DNA of 64,000 nt from Antechinus flavipes (taxonomy: Eukaryota): the NCBI RefSeq assembly GCF_016432865.1, contig NC_067400.1:532580001-532644000 (forward strand), written 5' to 3'. Of this stretch, positions 25,034 through 37,470 are shown one piece after another (position 1 is the stretch's first letter; every line of letters starts with the position of its first letter). The notes beneath the pieces were generated by a model. The model was not told the origin of the DNA and made no database searches. It worked only from the letters and a program-made list of their open reading frames with translations. Position numbers and translations under genes: made by a program.

Positions 25034-25037
25034 TCCT

Positions 25038-25097
25038 TCAGGGCCGCAGCACTGACAGGTTACTGTGGGACGACAACAAGACGCTCCCACACCACAT
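25038..25097 (-). other. uORF-C MWCGSVLLSSHSNLSVLRP* (weak Kozak; stop 4 nt before DLG2 ATG1)
   Basis: ATG at 25097, TGA at 25040-25038. Confidence 0.45.
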
Positions 25098-25110
25098 GGA
25101 TTGGCGGCAT
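25060..25110 (-). other. uORF-B MPPIHVVWERLVVVPQ* (weak Kozak)
   Basis: ATG at 25110, TAA at 25062-25060. Confidence 0.45.
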
Positions 25111-25117
25111 ATGCCGC

Positions 25118-25189
25118 TCAGCAGCTCTCTGCTTTTTTCCTGCTGGTCAGAGGAAGCTTGCTGGAACCGCTCCCTGTGTCCCGCTCCAT
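25118..25189 (-). other. uORF-A MERDTGSGSSKLPLTSRKKAESC* (strong Kozak gggATGG; same frame as DLG2 but stops 84 nt before ATG1)
   Basis: Read directly from sequence; only a uORF if the TSS lies upstream of 25189. Confidence 0.45.
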
Positions 25190-28100
25190 CCCTCCTCGGT
25201 TCTTCTGGGTTCTGCTCTGCTCTCCACTCTTAGCCTCTCCTGGGTGGCGAGGGATGAAATCAAGGATGCAGCACTGAACAGAAGACCTCCGTCCGCGTTT
25301 TCCTGACACTGGGAAATAAGTTTGGGATTTTTTTTTTCCCTGGGAAAGAGATTGGCTTTTTTTTTTTTTTTTAATGTTGAAATTGGAGGAGGAAAAAAAG
25401 GGAAGCGAGGTGGGTAGGGTTAAAAGTAGGTGGGGCCGTATTAGCATGTAAAAGGATGTGACCGCCCACTCTCCACGATCACAGAAGAGTGTCATGAGAG
25501 CTGAAGTGGGCTGAAATTATTCCATCGGAAGAAAAATACTGCAGCTCCTGATTTGGTAAAAAGCCAGTGGCTTGCTGCAATCCATAGTCATGGAGGGGAG
25601 GGGAGTAGAAAGCATAGGAGAGAAGACAGGAAGGGGGATCAGTGGGGCAGGCAGCTACTTCTCTTAGGAGATCGAATCCTCTCTATTCTTTCCAAAGAGG
25701 ATTCCCTGCCCGTGGGGGAGCTGGGGGAATGAAGGGGAGGAGAGAGGAATCAGAGAAAGGGGAGTGCACAAAATCAATTGAGTCACTGCCCCGGAGGAGT
25801 TCTGACCTTTAAACGCTGTCGGGGAGATGGATCTCAGCACGAAACCAAAAGCCAACTGTACTACACACTGAAAGATGAAAATCGCAGGCACTAGAGTTTG
25901 CCTCGGGAGAAAACCTGGTTACAAGTAACATTTACCCAAGCCTCGCCAGCCCCGCGGGATCATTCTCCAGGCTCGCATTTACAAACAGCCTGATGGATCG
26001 CAGTCAGCTGCGAATGAGTCTATAAAGTTGATTGGAAAAGGCTACAGTAGGGAGCTGAGACTGTGGGGTTGAAGCGCAGCTTCCGAGGTACTGTATCTCC
26101 CCTCAGCGGCGGCTGGACGATTTGGGCTCCCAGTTGGGCTTTGGAGCGCATGGCTGCAGGTTGGGGGCTTTTGGAGACTCTAAAGGAAGGTCTTTTCTAG
26201 AATGATGCCTAAGAGATTGTAGCTAGAGACCTAGCCTACAGCTGCAAAATTCCAAGTATGAATGAAATATAAAATGTTCAATATTTTCCCTTCTCCCAAT
26301 CCCTAGTCAGTGGTAATTTTTGTTTATAATAATGATAACATACTGGAAAATAATAATAAAAAAAGGAATGAAATCCTATGTATATATACACGTGAAGATA
26401 TGGGTCTGTAAATGTACATAAAACATGTATATATGTGTGATTATGTGGACGAAGTAAGTAATAAAAATAATTCAAGGAATGACGTGGAGAGACAAAAGCA
26501 GTATATGAATAATAAAATTAAATTCAATCCATCACAAACTTTATTCCTACACCAATCCCTCCTACAGGAGTCCTACCACAATTAATATGTGGTGTTTCTA
26601 ATGTCCTACTCACATGAGAATGTACTAGAGAAAAGGCATTTTCCTTTCCTGACAGCAATCAGCAGATTCGTTTTCAAGTGTGAGGGCTCATATTATAAGG
26701 CTGGATAGTGTGGCCTGTCCTGACCATCAAATAAAGTTGGAAATCAGGCTTTCTATCAAATATTTTCACCCTAAAAGCTTTTCATATTGGCTAGGAGATT
26801 TTTTTTTAAATTAGGAAGTAAGTATTGATTGAAATGAGTAAAGTAATTGAAAACTGTGACAATTCTCCCATTAAAAAAAAATAAAGAGAATTTTATGTCC
26901 ATTTCACCTGTTTTTAGTTTAAATTTACAATCGCCAGATGTAACCTTCTGAGAGTTTCCACCTATAAAGTGATTACAACTTCATAAGCTTTCCAACAGGG
27001 CACTGGATTCTCAATAAGATGTGCAATATTTACTTAATTCACTTAGGCTATAAATGTAGATTTCACACTCCCATAAAAGTATGGTATGCTGTTTCAAGAG
27101 TCTGTGACAAGTTCTCCCAAATTATCTAGGTGTCTTCTGACCTGTCATTTCAGGCCAGTATCAAAGGCTGTCACTTTTCAAATGATTTCCCTAATTTACG
27201 ATTTACATTGGTTAGTATTTGCTGTGGCCTTGAGACCTAACTGAAAATATCTGCCTATTTTATCTTCTCCTCCTTCTCAGTGTAACTTGAATTGACCTGA
27301 CAGAAGTTATATTTCTATTTGCATTTTTATTTACAGTTTGTTTTCTTTCAAGAATTGCCTTTTCTGATCAAGCGTTGGTGTAAATTTAGAAGGGAAAAAA
27401 AGTGTGGTTTCCATGACAATGCATTCCATAGTTACAGCTAGCAACCACTATCATTAAAAAAATGAATCACATCATTACCTTAAGATATGAATACAATGAA
27501 TTATTAGTCTAAAAAGTATTCATTTGGCATGGGGGGTATACTGAAATATTTTTAGTTGGGGACATTACCAGGAGATGCCAGGAGATGATGTTTGTATTTC
27601 AATAGTCAAAATGGCCATAGCAATAAGACACTTTGATGACTGGCAAAAATTCATGGCTCTCAATAATCAACCTCTTTTGAAAATGAGAATGAATCTCACA
27701 CCATTACCTTTTTTTTGGTCCACACCAACTTTCCTAAACTGATTCACAATCTCATACATCAGATCTGGTATTATAATGTGTAGGTGAAAATCATCTGGGT
27801 TTATTTTGATCAGAAAAGTAAGGAACAAGGGGAAAGTGATTATGTACTTTTTGTTAATGCTGCATTTTGTCCACCTGACCAATTTGTTTTTGTGAAAAGT
27901 AGATATCAATGAATTACAAAATCTTAAGAGTTTGAAGGAAACTTTGAAGTAGTTTAGGATAGATAGATCTTTGCCTTGTTACAAGTTCATCCAAAAGTTT
28001 CTTAAGTTTTTAGTAGTCCATTCTAATATGTTATATTTCTATAGTGTCACTTTTTATTTTTCAAAATGTTTTGTATATTCATGATCTTATATCTGAGAGA

Positions 28101-28464
28101 TCATTTAGATTGTCCCATGGAAAGTCGTCTCTAAAGTCAAAATGATCTGCATTCAAGATTGCTCTGTCATATTCTGCTTATTATCCAGTTTCTTGGTAAC
28201 ACTCAGACAACTCTCAAAACCTCCTAGACATTTCTACATGGCACAGATATTCTTTAGTAGAAGGAGATTCCTCATGGAAGAGCTTTTTATAACAATGAAA
28301 TCACAAAGCCTTATCAAACAAACATACATTTTCATTGCTAATCTTTAACAGTATTTGCAGGAAGTCCTCCCTTAAGGCTAACTTAGACTGTAATTGAAGC
28401 CTCTTCTTTTTTGCTCATAGTGCCATAGATTTAAAGCTGAAAGAAGCTTTATAAATTGTTCTTA

Positions 28465-28500
<36 letters not shown>
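28465..28500. repeat. (AAT)12 microsatellite within a MIR-like element
   Basis: Direct. Confidence 0.9.
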
Positions 28501-28501
<1 letters not shown>

Positions 28502-29845
28502 TAAATTTTAAGATAAGGAAACAGGAACATTAAGTGACGTTCAAAAATCACACAAGTAATAAGTAGTAGTATTAGAATTTGAACTCAAGCCTTCTCATTC
28601 CAAGTCCAGCACTTTTTATACCATACCACTAGTTTTCAGTAGATAAAAAAGCAAACATTAAAGAGAATAAATGATTGAAGCAGACCTTAGAGATGATATA
28701 TAAATCCCCCCCCCTCTTTTTTTGCAAATGAGGAAACAAGCCCAGGAAAGTGAAATGATTTGCCTAAATTCACACGAATCAGTTAATGGAGAGAAAAAAA
28801 GATTAAACGATTTTATATTCACAAGGAATCTCACCAGCCTACTTAATTCAACTCATACCCCCTAAAAATTTGCACAGCTTCTAACAGTGCAAAGTATTTT
28901 AAAATGTGCCATGACATGAAGCCTCGTCAAATCATCTAATGGCCTCTTGATTTCATATATTCATCTGGGGGTGGTATCATCCATATTTCAACAGCTTATT
29001 TTTTTTCTTCCATCTTCAAATTTTTCCAAAAGCAAAACTCAGGAAATGAACATTTTTTTCCCCATAGAAGCTTGTCTCAGGGAAGGTACTATTTCCCATT
29101 TTAGAGGAACTCATGACATGACAATGAACAACGGCAAAATTACTAGGAAGTTCTTCACTAGATTTATATGCACTGCTTGCCCATCTGTGACACCAAACAA
29201 CCAACCAACCAACAAACAAACAAACAAAAACAAAAACAAAAACAAAAAAAAAAAAGACTGATCATTGGGAACAAGTGTGGTTAAAGTACTCAAATCAGAG
29301 ATTATCCTAGATGGCAACGTGTTTTTAGGAATGCCATGATGGAAATATGTTTCATTTTAAACTGATGTTATCTGGCTACTGTAAGCTCCTTCTTGACAAA
29401 TCAATTTAACTTAGTAGTTTATTACATATTATTAGCAGCATAGTTGTGCTTTCTAACTTTCAAGAGTATTTGAGGCTACATTCTTTTCTCTAACTCTATT
29501 ATGTTGCAATAAGGGGCTCTTAGATAACTGTAACAAAACTGTCTGATTATTACTGAAAGACATCATCACACCATTGGGGAAAGAGTGAAAACTTAAAAAC
29601 AAATTATTCTCATTTTCCCTGTCATTTTTATTGAATTCCCATTAACCTGAAAGGATTTATAATGCTTTGATACTTCAGTGGATTTCTGATCTGAGCACTG
29701 TATGTACTCCCTCAATTGGCACCAATATCAGTTCAAAGCTTATTCAAAAAACACCTTCTGATTTAGGTTAACTTCCCTAATCTGCCTTTTTCTTCTCAAG
29801 CCTTTGCCTTGTGTATAGTATATGAGTAGTATATAAGTATACTTG

Positions 29846-29872
29846 TATAATATATATATATACATATATATA

Positions 29873-29924
<52 letters not shown>

Positions 29925-29927
29925 TAT
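29846..29927. repeat. Interrupted (AT)n microsatellite
   Basis: Direct. Confidence 0.9.
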
Positions 29928-30529
29928 AGTAGTGTATAGAAAACACCACTTATGCCAGTAAGGTATTTGGTGTCTTGCCTAAGGTATCATCTTTAGTAAT
30001 ATTTTCTAGACTGCTTACAGAACTATCATCTGTACCCATGTGAATCACCAGAAATGAATATTACTCATCATATCTAAGCAGTGTTGGGAGGTTGTCAAGT
30101 CCTATTTCTAGATGAATGCCCTGAGGAAGAAGACAGCAGACCTCTTTGCTGTTAATGTCAGGAATGGTTAATTTAGCTGTTATTCTGATTTTTTGTGTTA
30201 CTTTATAATAGAAATGAAGACATTTGCTTCACTTTAAGTATTGTGTTTAATACACAGTATTTGCACAAATATTAATTTTCAGAATCAAGAAAAAAGTTCA
30301 ATTATATTTAAATGCTCCCCAGCACAAAACCCAACTTCTTAACATGAATATTCTGTTGGTGATATTCCATAGCTGTCAATCATGGAACAAAATACAATCT
30401 CCAAAGAATCAGTATAATCATAATAACAATAATGATAGCAATTGTGTACTTTTTAGATTTAAAAGAATTTTATATTTTTAGATTTGCAAGAACCTTTATA
30501 GAACTTTGAGGTTGATTAAAATTTTTCAT

Positions 30530-30915
30530 ATGAATGGACTTGGCTCTTCTCAACAATGAAGTGATTCCAAGCAATCCCAATAGACTTGTGATGGAAAGAA
30601 CTATCCATATCCAGAAAGAAAACTATGGAGACTGAATGTGAATCACAGCATAATATTTTCACTTTTGCTGTTGTTGTTGTGTGTTTGCTTGTTTTTCCTT
30701 TGTAGTTTTTCCCTTTTGATCTAATTTTTCTGGAGCAAAATGATAAATGAGGAAATACGTTTAGACGAATTGCACAAATTTAACCTATATTGGATTACTT
30801 GAATTCCAGGAAAGGGAGGAGGTGAGGAGGAAGAGAGAAAAATTTGGAAAATTAGATTTTGTATGGTTGAGTGTTTAAAATTATCTTTGCATGTATTTTT
30901 AAAAATAAAAAGCTG
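30530..30915 (+). mobile_element. L1 3' end
   Basis: L1 ORF2 end and 3' UTR, terminating aaaaataaaaagctg. Confidence 0.75.
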
Positions 30916-32749
30916 TTTTTATTTTCAAAATTTTTCACATGCTATTTCATTTGATTCCTACAATAATGCTGGGATATATGTTTGATTATCATCTCCATTT
31001 TATAGATGTGGAAATTGACATCTAGAAATGTTGAGTGATTTATGCAGAATCACATAGCTAATAAGTATTTGAGGCACATTCAAATCAAGGTTTCTCAGAC
31101 TATAAATCCAAAATTCTATTCCCAACATATCTGAATACAGAAGTAACCCAAAAGGAAATGGAAAGACACCTCACAAGAGATATGGTTCTCAGGAAAGAAC
31201 ATTGGATTTGGACCTAGTTGGCCAGGACCCAGAAGTTTCTCATTTATTAAATAAAAGTGTTAATCTAGATGATTTCTAAATTTTCCTCATCCTAAATCCA
31301 TAATCCTTTGAAGTAGATATAGCCCATGTTTCCAAGGGTAGTTTGGGGGAAAGAATTGGCATAAATAGTATCATTCAATAGATCTATTATTAGACAACAG
31401 GTTGGTCTGGTATAATGTTGTAAAAGCTAAGTACAAGAGATTTAGTGTTGTTCTTTTACCCTTATAATGTGAAAAAGACTTGGAGGAATGTCTCCAGTAT
31501 AAGGAGATCACATATCCATTTGAGTAAAAATACGCTGTTTAAAATATTAGGAAGATGTACAATATATTTTAAATTAAAATGTTCAGAATTTTAAAAATTT
31601 AATGCCTAATGAAGACAGCCTCTCAGTTATCTTAAATATCTCCTTATATAAAATACTTCATTGATTAACAATATCGGATAAATCCCATGTCACTGTGGTG
31701 TGCATCAAACAAATTCCAAAATGAATCACTATTTTGAAATAGGTTTTTTGTTGATATCTATTGCTTTTGTGTTACCTAGATTTCTAGCTCTATCTATCCC
31801 CCTTTTCATTCTAAAGGGCTATGCCTTAAAACATATTATTTTGAGGGCCACAATATTAAATCAATCAATCCATGTTTACATGTGTTATGAAACCCACTAT
31901 GTGTTTGGGAACTAGGTAAACAAATATACAAATGAAACAATCTGTGCCTTCATACAGCTTTTATTCTATCAAGAAAAACAACATGTATGATATTTATGTA
32001 AATATAAGATATATAAAGTAATTGTAGTGGGAAGTGAATTCATGAGCATCTGGGGATCTTCAAAAGCCCTGCTCAACTCAAAAAACCTCTCATTTTATTT
32101 GCACTTTTCCCATTCTGACTTATGACATATGAGTAATGATAAATATAAATGAAATTATGAAATTTTAGGATCTTAGCAAAATGTCTAGCCCTGACTCCTA
32201 ATCTCTTTTCACTCTCTTCCCCTCTCTCCCCAGCATTTAGTAAAAGGCTATGTGTAAATCACTTTATCTGTAAATATTTATTGAACAAATTAGTATTCAA
32301 TTTGAATTGACTATAACATTTTCTGGGTGATTCATGGTAAGATCTCTCAATACCCCCAGGCAATTGTCTGAAACTATAAACTGTAGATCAGGTGATGATC
32401 TGCATAGGGAGAGAAATTTCCTCACCAGGAACTCCCTTTATTGAAGAAATCACAGATGTGTCTATTTCAAAACAAAAGGGGGAGAGAAGAAACGCATATT
32501 CACATAGTCAGAATCTTTCCATTCAAGTTCATTCTTTTCAGCATGTATCTATGATCCCTTTCCATCCTATTTTTTTCCAGAAAGTTTTTCTCTTTTTCCC
32601 TCTTCCCCTCTCAATAATCAATATTTCTTCTCTTTCTCTGTTTCCTACATACATGCCCATCTCTCACATAATCATTACAAAACAAAAACTCTCATCTGAT
32701 CAGACCATCCCCACTAGCTACTGTCATATCATTCCTCAAAATTATTTCT

Positions 32750-33560
32750 AATCTTAATCCTCGAAATTTTGGTTTCTGACCTTATCAGTCAAACACAACT
32801 GTTCTCTATAAATTACCGATGATCTCATAATTCCTAGATTTAACAATGTTTTTTCAACCTTCATTCTCCCGGCAGCCTTTGCCATTACTGATCAATCACC
32901 AATCACCTTCTTCTCCTGTACACGGTTTCTCTAAATTTACACCACTCTCTTTTACTTCTACTTCTGTCTGACCATTCTTCCACCTCCTTTGTTTGATCTT
33001 CAACCTGCTCAGGCTTTACCCATAGGGCTCCATGGTTCTGTCCTGGGTCTTCTTTTCTTCACTTACAATACCTTCCTTAGTGAATGCAACAGCTCCCATG
33101 GGTTCAGTGATCATCTCTATACAGAAGATGCTAACATCGCTCTCTCTATATATCTTCTGAGCTCGTCTTAAACATCATTTTAAACAGGATGTCCTATAGA
33201 CATTTCAACTCAACATGTCCAAAAGTAGAATTATTTTCCCCCTAAATCCTACCCCTCCTAACTTTCTTATTACTATTGAGGGCATGAGGAGTCTCCTAAT
33301 CACCCAACATTACAACAACATTACATACTCAACACCACATATCAAACCATTTGCTAAGGTTTATCATTTCTACACTCACATTATCTTCAATTTCCATCTC
33401 TTTCTCTCTATTGACATAGCTGCTTCCTTGATATCTGTTTTCATCACTTAGTGGCTGGACTATTGCAGTAGGCCTCTATGCTTCAAATTTATCCCAAATC
33501 CAAGCCATTGTCCATTCATCTGCCAGAATGATTTTCCTAAAATCTGACCTTTTACAAGGG
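32750..33560 (+). mobile_element. L2 LINE internal/3' fragment
   Basis: ctccatggttctgtcctgggtcttc...ctcccatgggttcagtgatcatctctatacagaagatg is a typical L2 ORF2 3' region. Confidence 0.7.
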
Positions 33561-33659
33561 GCCTTTTTCACTTACCTATATCTTAATTATATGCCTTTTC
33601 TTTGAAATTATCTTCTGAAAAGAACTATAAAGATTGAATGCAGATCAAAACAAATTACT

Positions 33660-33808
33660 TTTGCTTTTTTCCCCCTGAGGTAATTGAGGTTAAGTAACTT
33701 GCCCAGGGTCACATAGCTAGGAAGTGTTAAGTGTCTGAGAACAGATTTGAACTCAGGTCCTACTGACTTCAGGCTGGTGCTCTATCCACTGTGCCACCTA
33801 GTTGCCCT
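33660..33808 (-). mobile_element. Full-length WSINE1-like SINE inside an L1 3' UTR
   Basis: Head-to-tail match to the WSINE1-type sequence in reverse complement. Confidence 0.85.
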
Positions 33809-35028
33809 CTTTCGTTTTTTATTGTTTTTTTTTTCTTCTGATTTTTCCCTTTTCTGATTTTTCTTTCACAACATGACTAATACGAAAATATTTAATATGA
33901 TTGTACATTATTACATATATTTGCTTATTGTCTTTGGAAGAGAGAGGAAAAGGAGCAAGGGAAAAATTGAAATTCAATATCTTGCAAAAATTAATATTGA
34001 GGGCAGCTAGATGATATAGTGGATGGAGAACTGGGCCTGAGTTTAATACTTCTTAACTGTATGACTTTGGTAAGTCACTTAAACCTAATTGTCTCATCAA
34101 AAAATATTAATATTTTTAAATGAATGTTGAAAACTATATATGTAATTAGAAAAAATATGCTACTATTAAGTGAAAAAAACCACAAAAAATAAAAGTAGAA
34201 ACAAAAGGAGATTTCCTTGTCTTTGTCCACATGTTAATTCCTACATTAGAATATGGACTCTTTGAGGGCATGAGGTGTCATATAATTTGCCTTCCTTTGT
34301 ATCCCCAGTCTTTAACATTATGCCTAACATGTAATAAACTCCTAATAAATGCTTATTGACTGACTGATTTTCCTGATACTCTGTTCTAATGTGCAGAGGA
34401 TGTAGGATTCTCAATGATTATGTTAATATAATGCAAGGTTTAGCAGGTTCTTCCCATGTAAAAAGTGCCTCTTTGATTAAGTTCAGGTCACAGAGTGAGG
34501 ATAAATATTTTTTTTAAATCCACAACTTGTGAAGATGGTCTAATGTACTATAGACAAGGAGAAATCTGAATTAGAGTTAGAAGCCAAATGAATAAAATCA
34601 AGGATGTTTGAAATAGAATATATTATGAATCAGTATTTACCATTTCTCCCTCATTATCTCAATTATAAAGATTTAGCATCACAAGCAAACTTAGGTATGA
34701 TCTGGATCACAATTCTACAGATGAGGTTAAAAGTGGTAAAATAATTTGTCCATAAATAGTCATATGGATGGTGAGTAACTGAGTGAGTGTTGAAATTCTG
34801 CTTTCTTAACTCCAAAAGAAGATGTTGGCTTAAAACCTGTGTTTGACATTTACTACTTACTTGTGACTTGTTGAACAAATAATTTGCCTTCTCTGGGTTT
34901 CAGTTCCTTTATCTATAAAATGAGTTTGTTTAATATATAACTCCTGAAGTCCCTTCTAGCTCAAAATCTGTGAACCAACATTTTACCACCATCGTTCTGA
35001 TACCTCTACCAGAAAAAGGTACTTGAAG

Positions 35029-35030
<2 letters not shown>

Positions 35031-35090
<60 letters not shown>
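35031..35090. repeat. Perfect (AT)30
   Basis: Direct. Confidence 0.95.
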
Positions 35091-35095
<5 letters not shown>

Positions 35096-36555
35096 TATGG
35101 TCCAAAAATACTTTAAAAACAAAAATGGAGAACAGAGAACATTAATGAGCCTTCAAACTTCTTAGCATTTTCATTAATTTAGGAATGGGGAGGAAAAAGA
35201 AATTTATTTCCACTTGGATCTGGTATCCTTAAAAATATAATGCCACAGTGTATTTTTGACCCTGTTCCAGACCAGCAGTGGAGGTCATCTCATACTTAAT
35301 TTATTTAACAGGTTATAATAGAAAATATAATGTGGTACAACCAAAAATAAGTTCTTAACTTGAACATAAAAGACAAGATTTTAGATTCTGCCTCTGAATC
35401 TTTACATATCTATGCAATCTCAGGAATATCATTTAAATTCTGGGAATCAGTTTCCTCTTTTTAAAAAAAATAAGGGTGTCAAAATTTGATATATTCCAAC
35501 TTTTAACTCTATGATACTGACATGAGAACTGAGAGATGTCATTGTCAAAGATTATGCATGTATATTCTATCACAACAAAGCTTTTGGTTGAAGTTGAAAT
35601 GTTGCAGGGAGATTTTGAAACAAAAATATATTTTTTTAGAAAGTAGCTGGAAAATTCCCTTCCCTTAATTCTCTACTATTTAAGTATTTTTTTTGAGAAA
35701 GAATTTTTTTTCTTTCTATATTAATTTCACAATTTAAAAACCTATGTCCACTTTAAAATGGATGGGTGGCACTTTTCTCTATAAAAGCCAAACATAGTTA
35801 AATCTATTTTTAAATTGAAATATGAATCTAAAATGTGACAAGCAGGAGGAAAGTCAGGTTCCCAACTGAGTTAATGCTCATATATTATTCTTTTCATTTT
35901 GAAAAAGTACGTGGTATTTCTCAAAAAAAGGTTTCACCCAGAGCCAGATATAAATGAAATTTTATTTTTATTTTTGGAAAAAGAATGTTAGTTATTAAAG
36001 CAAAGGGGGGGAACACTGAAAAATATTTTGCCTTTCCAAGAAGTGAGACAGAAAGATTAGTACATTTGTTTGAACCACAAATACCCGCTAATATAAGAGA
36101 ACTGAGGTCAGAAAAAAAATCAAAGAATATATAATGGGACCCTTAACTCTTACCATTATTCCCAGAATCTTCCATCACCAATAACTTGAAATACTTACAG
36201 ATATTTTATATTTGCTCCAGGGTGACCATATGGAAACTTTGGGAGCCAGCTTCTGTCCAATTATGACTTCTGACTCAAGAGTTTCCTTATTTGATGTTTA
36301 ACATGAAGAACTGAGGATTCATGACAATTTTGAGTAAAGGGGATAATTTCTCAGAGACTTTCCTTCTAGTTGAACCTCTCCAGAAGATGTGACACAAGCA
36401 AAGGTCATGGCAATCCTATCTATATGGTGGTTAGGGACAGAAGATTTAATCAAGCTGAGAGCATAAGTTTTTCATTTTTCTCTTGACTTTTTATATCTAT
36501 ATTCACAAAGGTAATCATAAGACATCAAAACATGCTGAACAAGTTGTGTTTTTAA

Positions 36556-37470
36556 GATCAGAGAAATGCAAATTAAGACAACTCTGAGATATCACTACAC
36601 ACCTGTCAGATTGGCTAAGATGAAGGAAAAAATAATGATGAATGTTGGAGCGATGCGGGAAAACTGGGACATGATGCATTGTTGGTGGAACTGTGAACGA
36701 ATCCAACCATTCTGGAGAGCAATCTGGAATTATGCCCAAAAAGTTATAAAACTGTGCATACCCTTTGATCCAGCAGTGTTACTTCTGGGCTTATATAGCA
36801 AAGAAATACTAAAGAAGGGAAAGGGACCTGTATGTGCCAAAATGTTTGTGGCAGCCCTGTTTGTTGTGGCTAGAAACTGGAAATTGAATGGATGCCCATC
36901 AATTGGAGAATGGCTGCGTAAATTGTGGCAAATGAATGCTATGGAATATTATTGTTCTGTAAGAAATGACCAGCAGGATGAATACAGAGAGGCTTGGAGA
37001 GACTTACATGAACTGATGCTAAGTGAAATGAGCAGAACCAGGAGATCATTATACACTTCGACAACGATACTGTATGAGGATGTATTCTGATGGAAGTGGA
37101 TTTCTTTGACAAAGAGACCTAACTCAGTTTCAATTGATAAAGGATGGACAGAAGCAGCTACACCCAAAGAAAGAACACTGGAAAATGAATGTGAACTATT
37201 TGCATTTTTGTTTTTCTTCCCGGGTTATTTTTACCTTCTGAATCCAATTCTCCCTGTGCAACAAGAGAACTGTTCAGTTCTACAAACATATATTGTATCT
37301 AGGATATACTGCAACATATGTAGGACTGCTTGCCATCTAGAGGAGGGGGTGGAGGGAGGGAGGGGAAAAATCGGAACAGAAGCGAGTGCAAGGGAAAATG
37401 TTGTAAAAAAATTACCCTGGCATGGATTCTGTCAATATAAAGTTATTATAAAATAAAATAAAATATAAAA
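36556..37470 (+). mobile_element. Relatively young 5'-truncated L1 with perfect 15-bp TSD
   Basis: aagttgtgtttttaa at 36541-36555 and 37471-37485; stop-free ORF2 C terminus (36566-37090); 9 CpGs retained; A-rich tail. Confidence 0.92.

Larger units (their letters stand above)
24200..26160 (-). promoter_or_regulatory. DLG2: CpG-retaining internal promoter / first-exon region of DLG2
   Basis: Roughly 50 CpGs counted by eye in ~2 kb against near absence elsewhere. Includes a GC box (ccgccc ~25462), minus-strand CCAAT (25351-25355, ~26031-26035) and TGAGTCA (25779-25785). No interspersed repeats recognised. TSS not determinable. Confidence 0.7.

Noticed and set aside
25034-25090. ORF-track N terminus MGASCC..., which looks like a myristoylation/palmitoylation signal
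   Set aside because: The codon at 25090 is GTG, not ATG; the track uses alternative starts. An in-frame TGA at 25120-25118 closes the frame upstream.
24923-25306. Plus-strand ORFs of 127 aa and 70 aa overlapping the exon
   Set aside because: No recognisable homology; they are explained by locally higher GC antisense to the real exon and UTR.
25118-25495. 125-aa minus-strand ORF upstream of the exon
   Set aside because: It crosses A-homopolymers and low-complexity promoter sequence; only its last 23 codons are kept as a possible uORF.
27667-27909. 80-aa minus-strand ORF with an AAG|GTAATG donor-like site at 27708
   Set aside because: The donor would be phase 1 in that frame, and the phase-0 frame has no ATG after its last stop, so it cannot join the phase-0 KYRYQ exon as a coding first exon.
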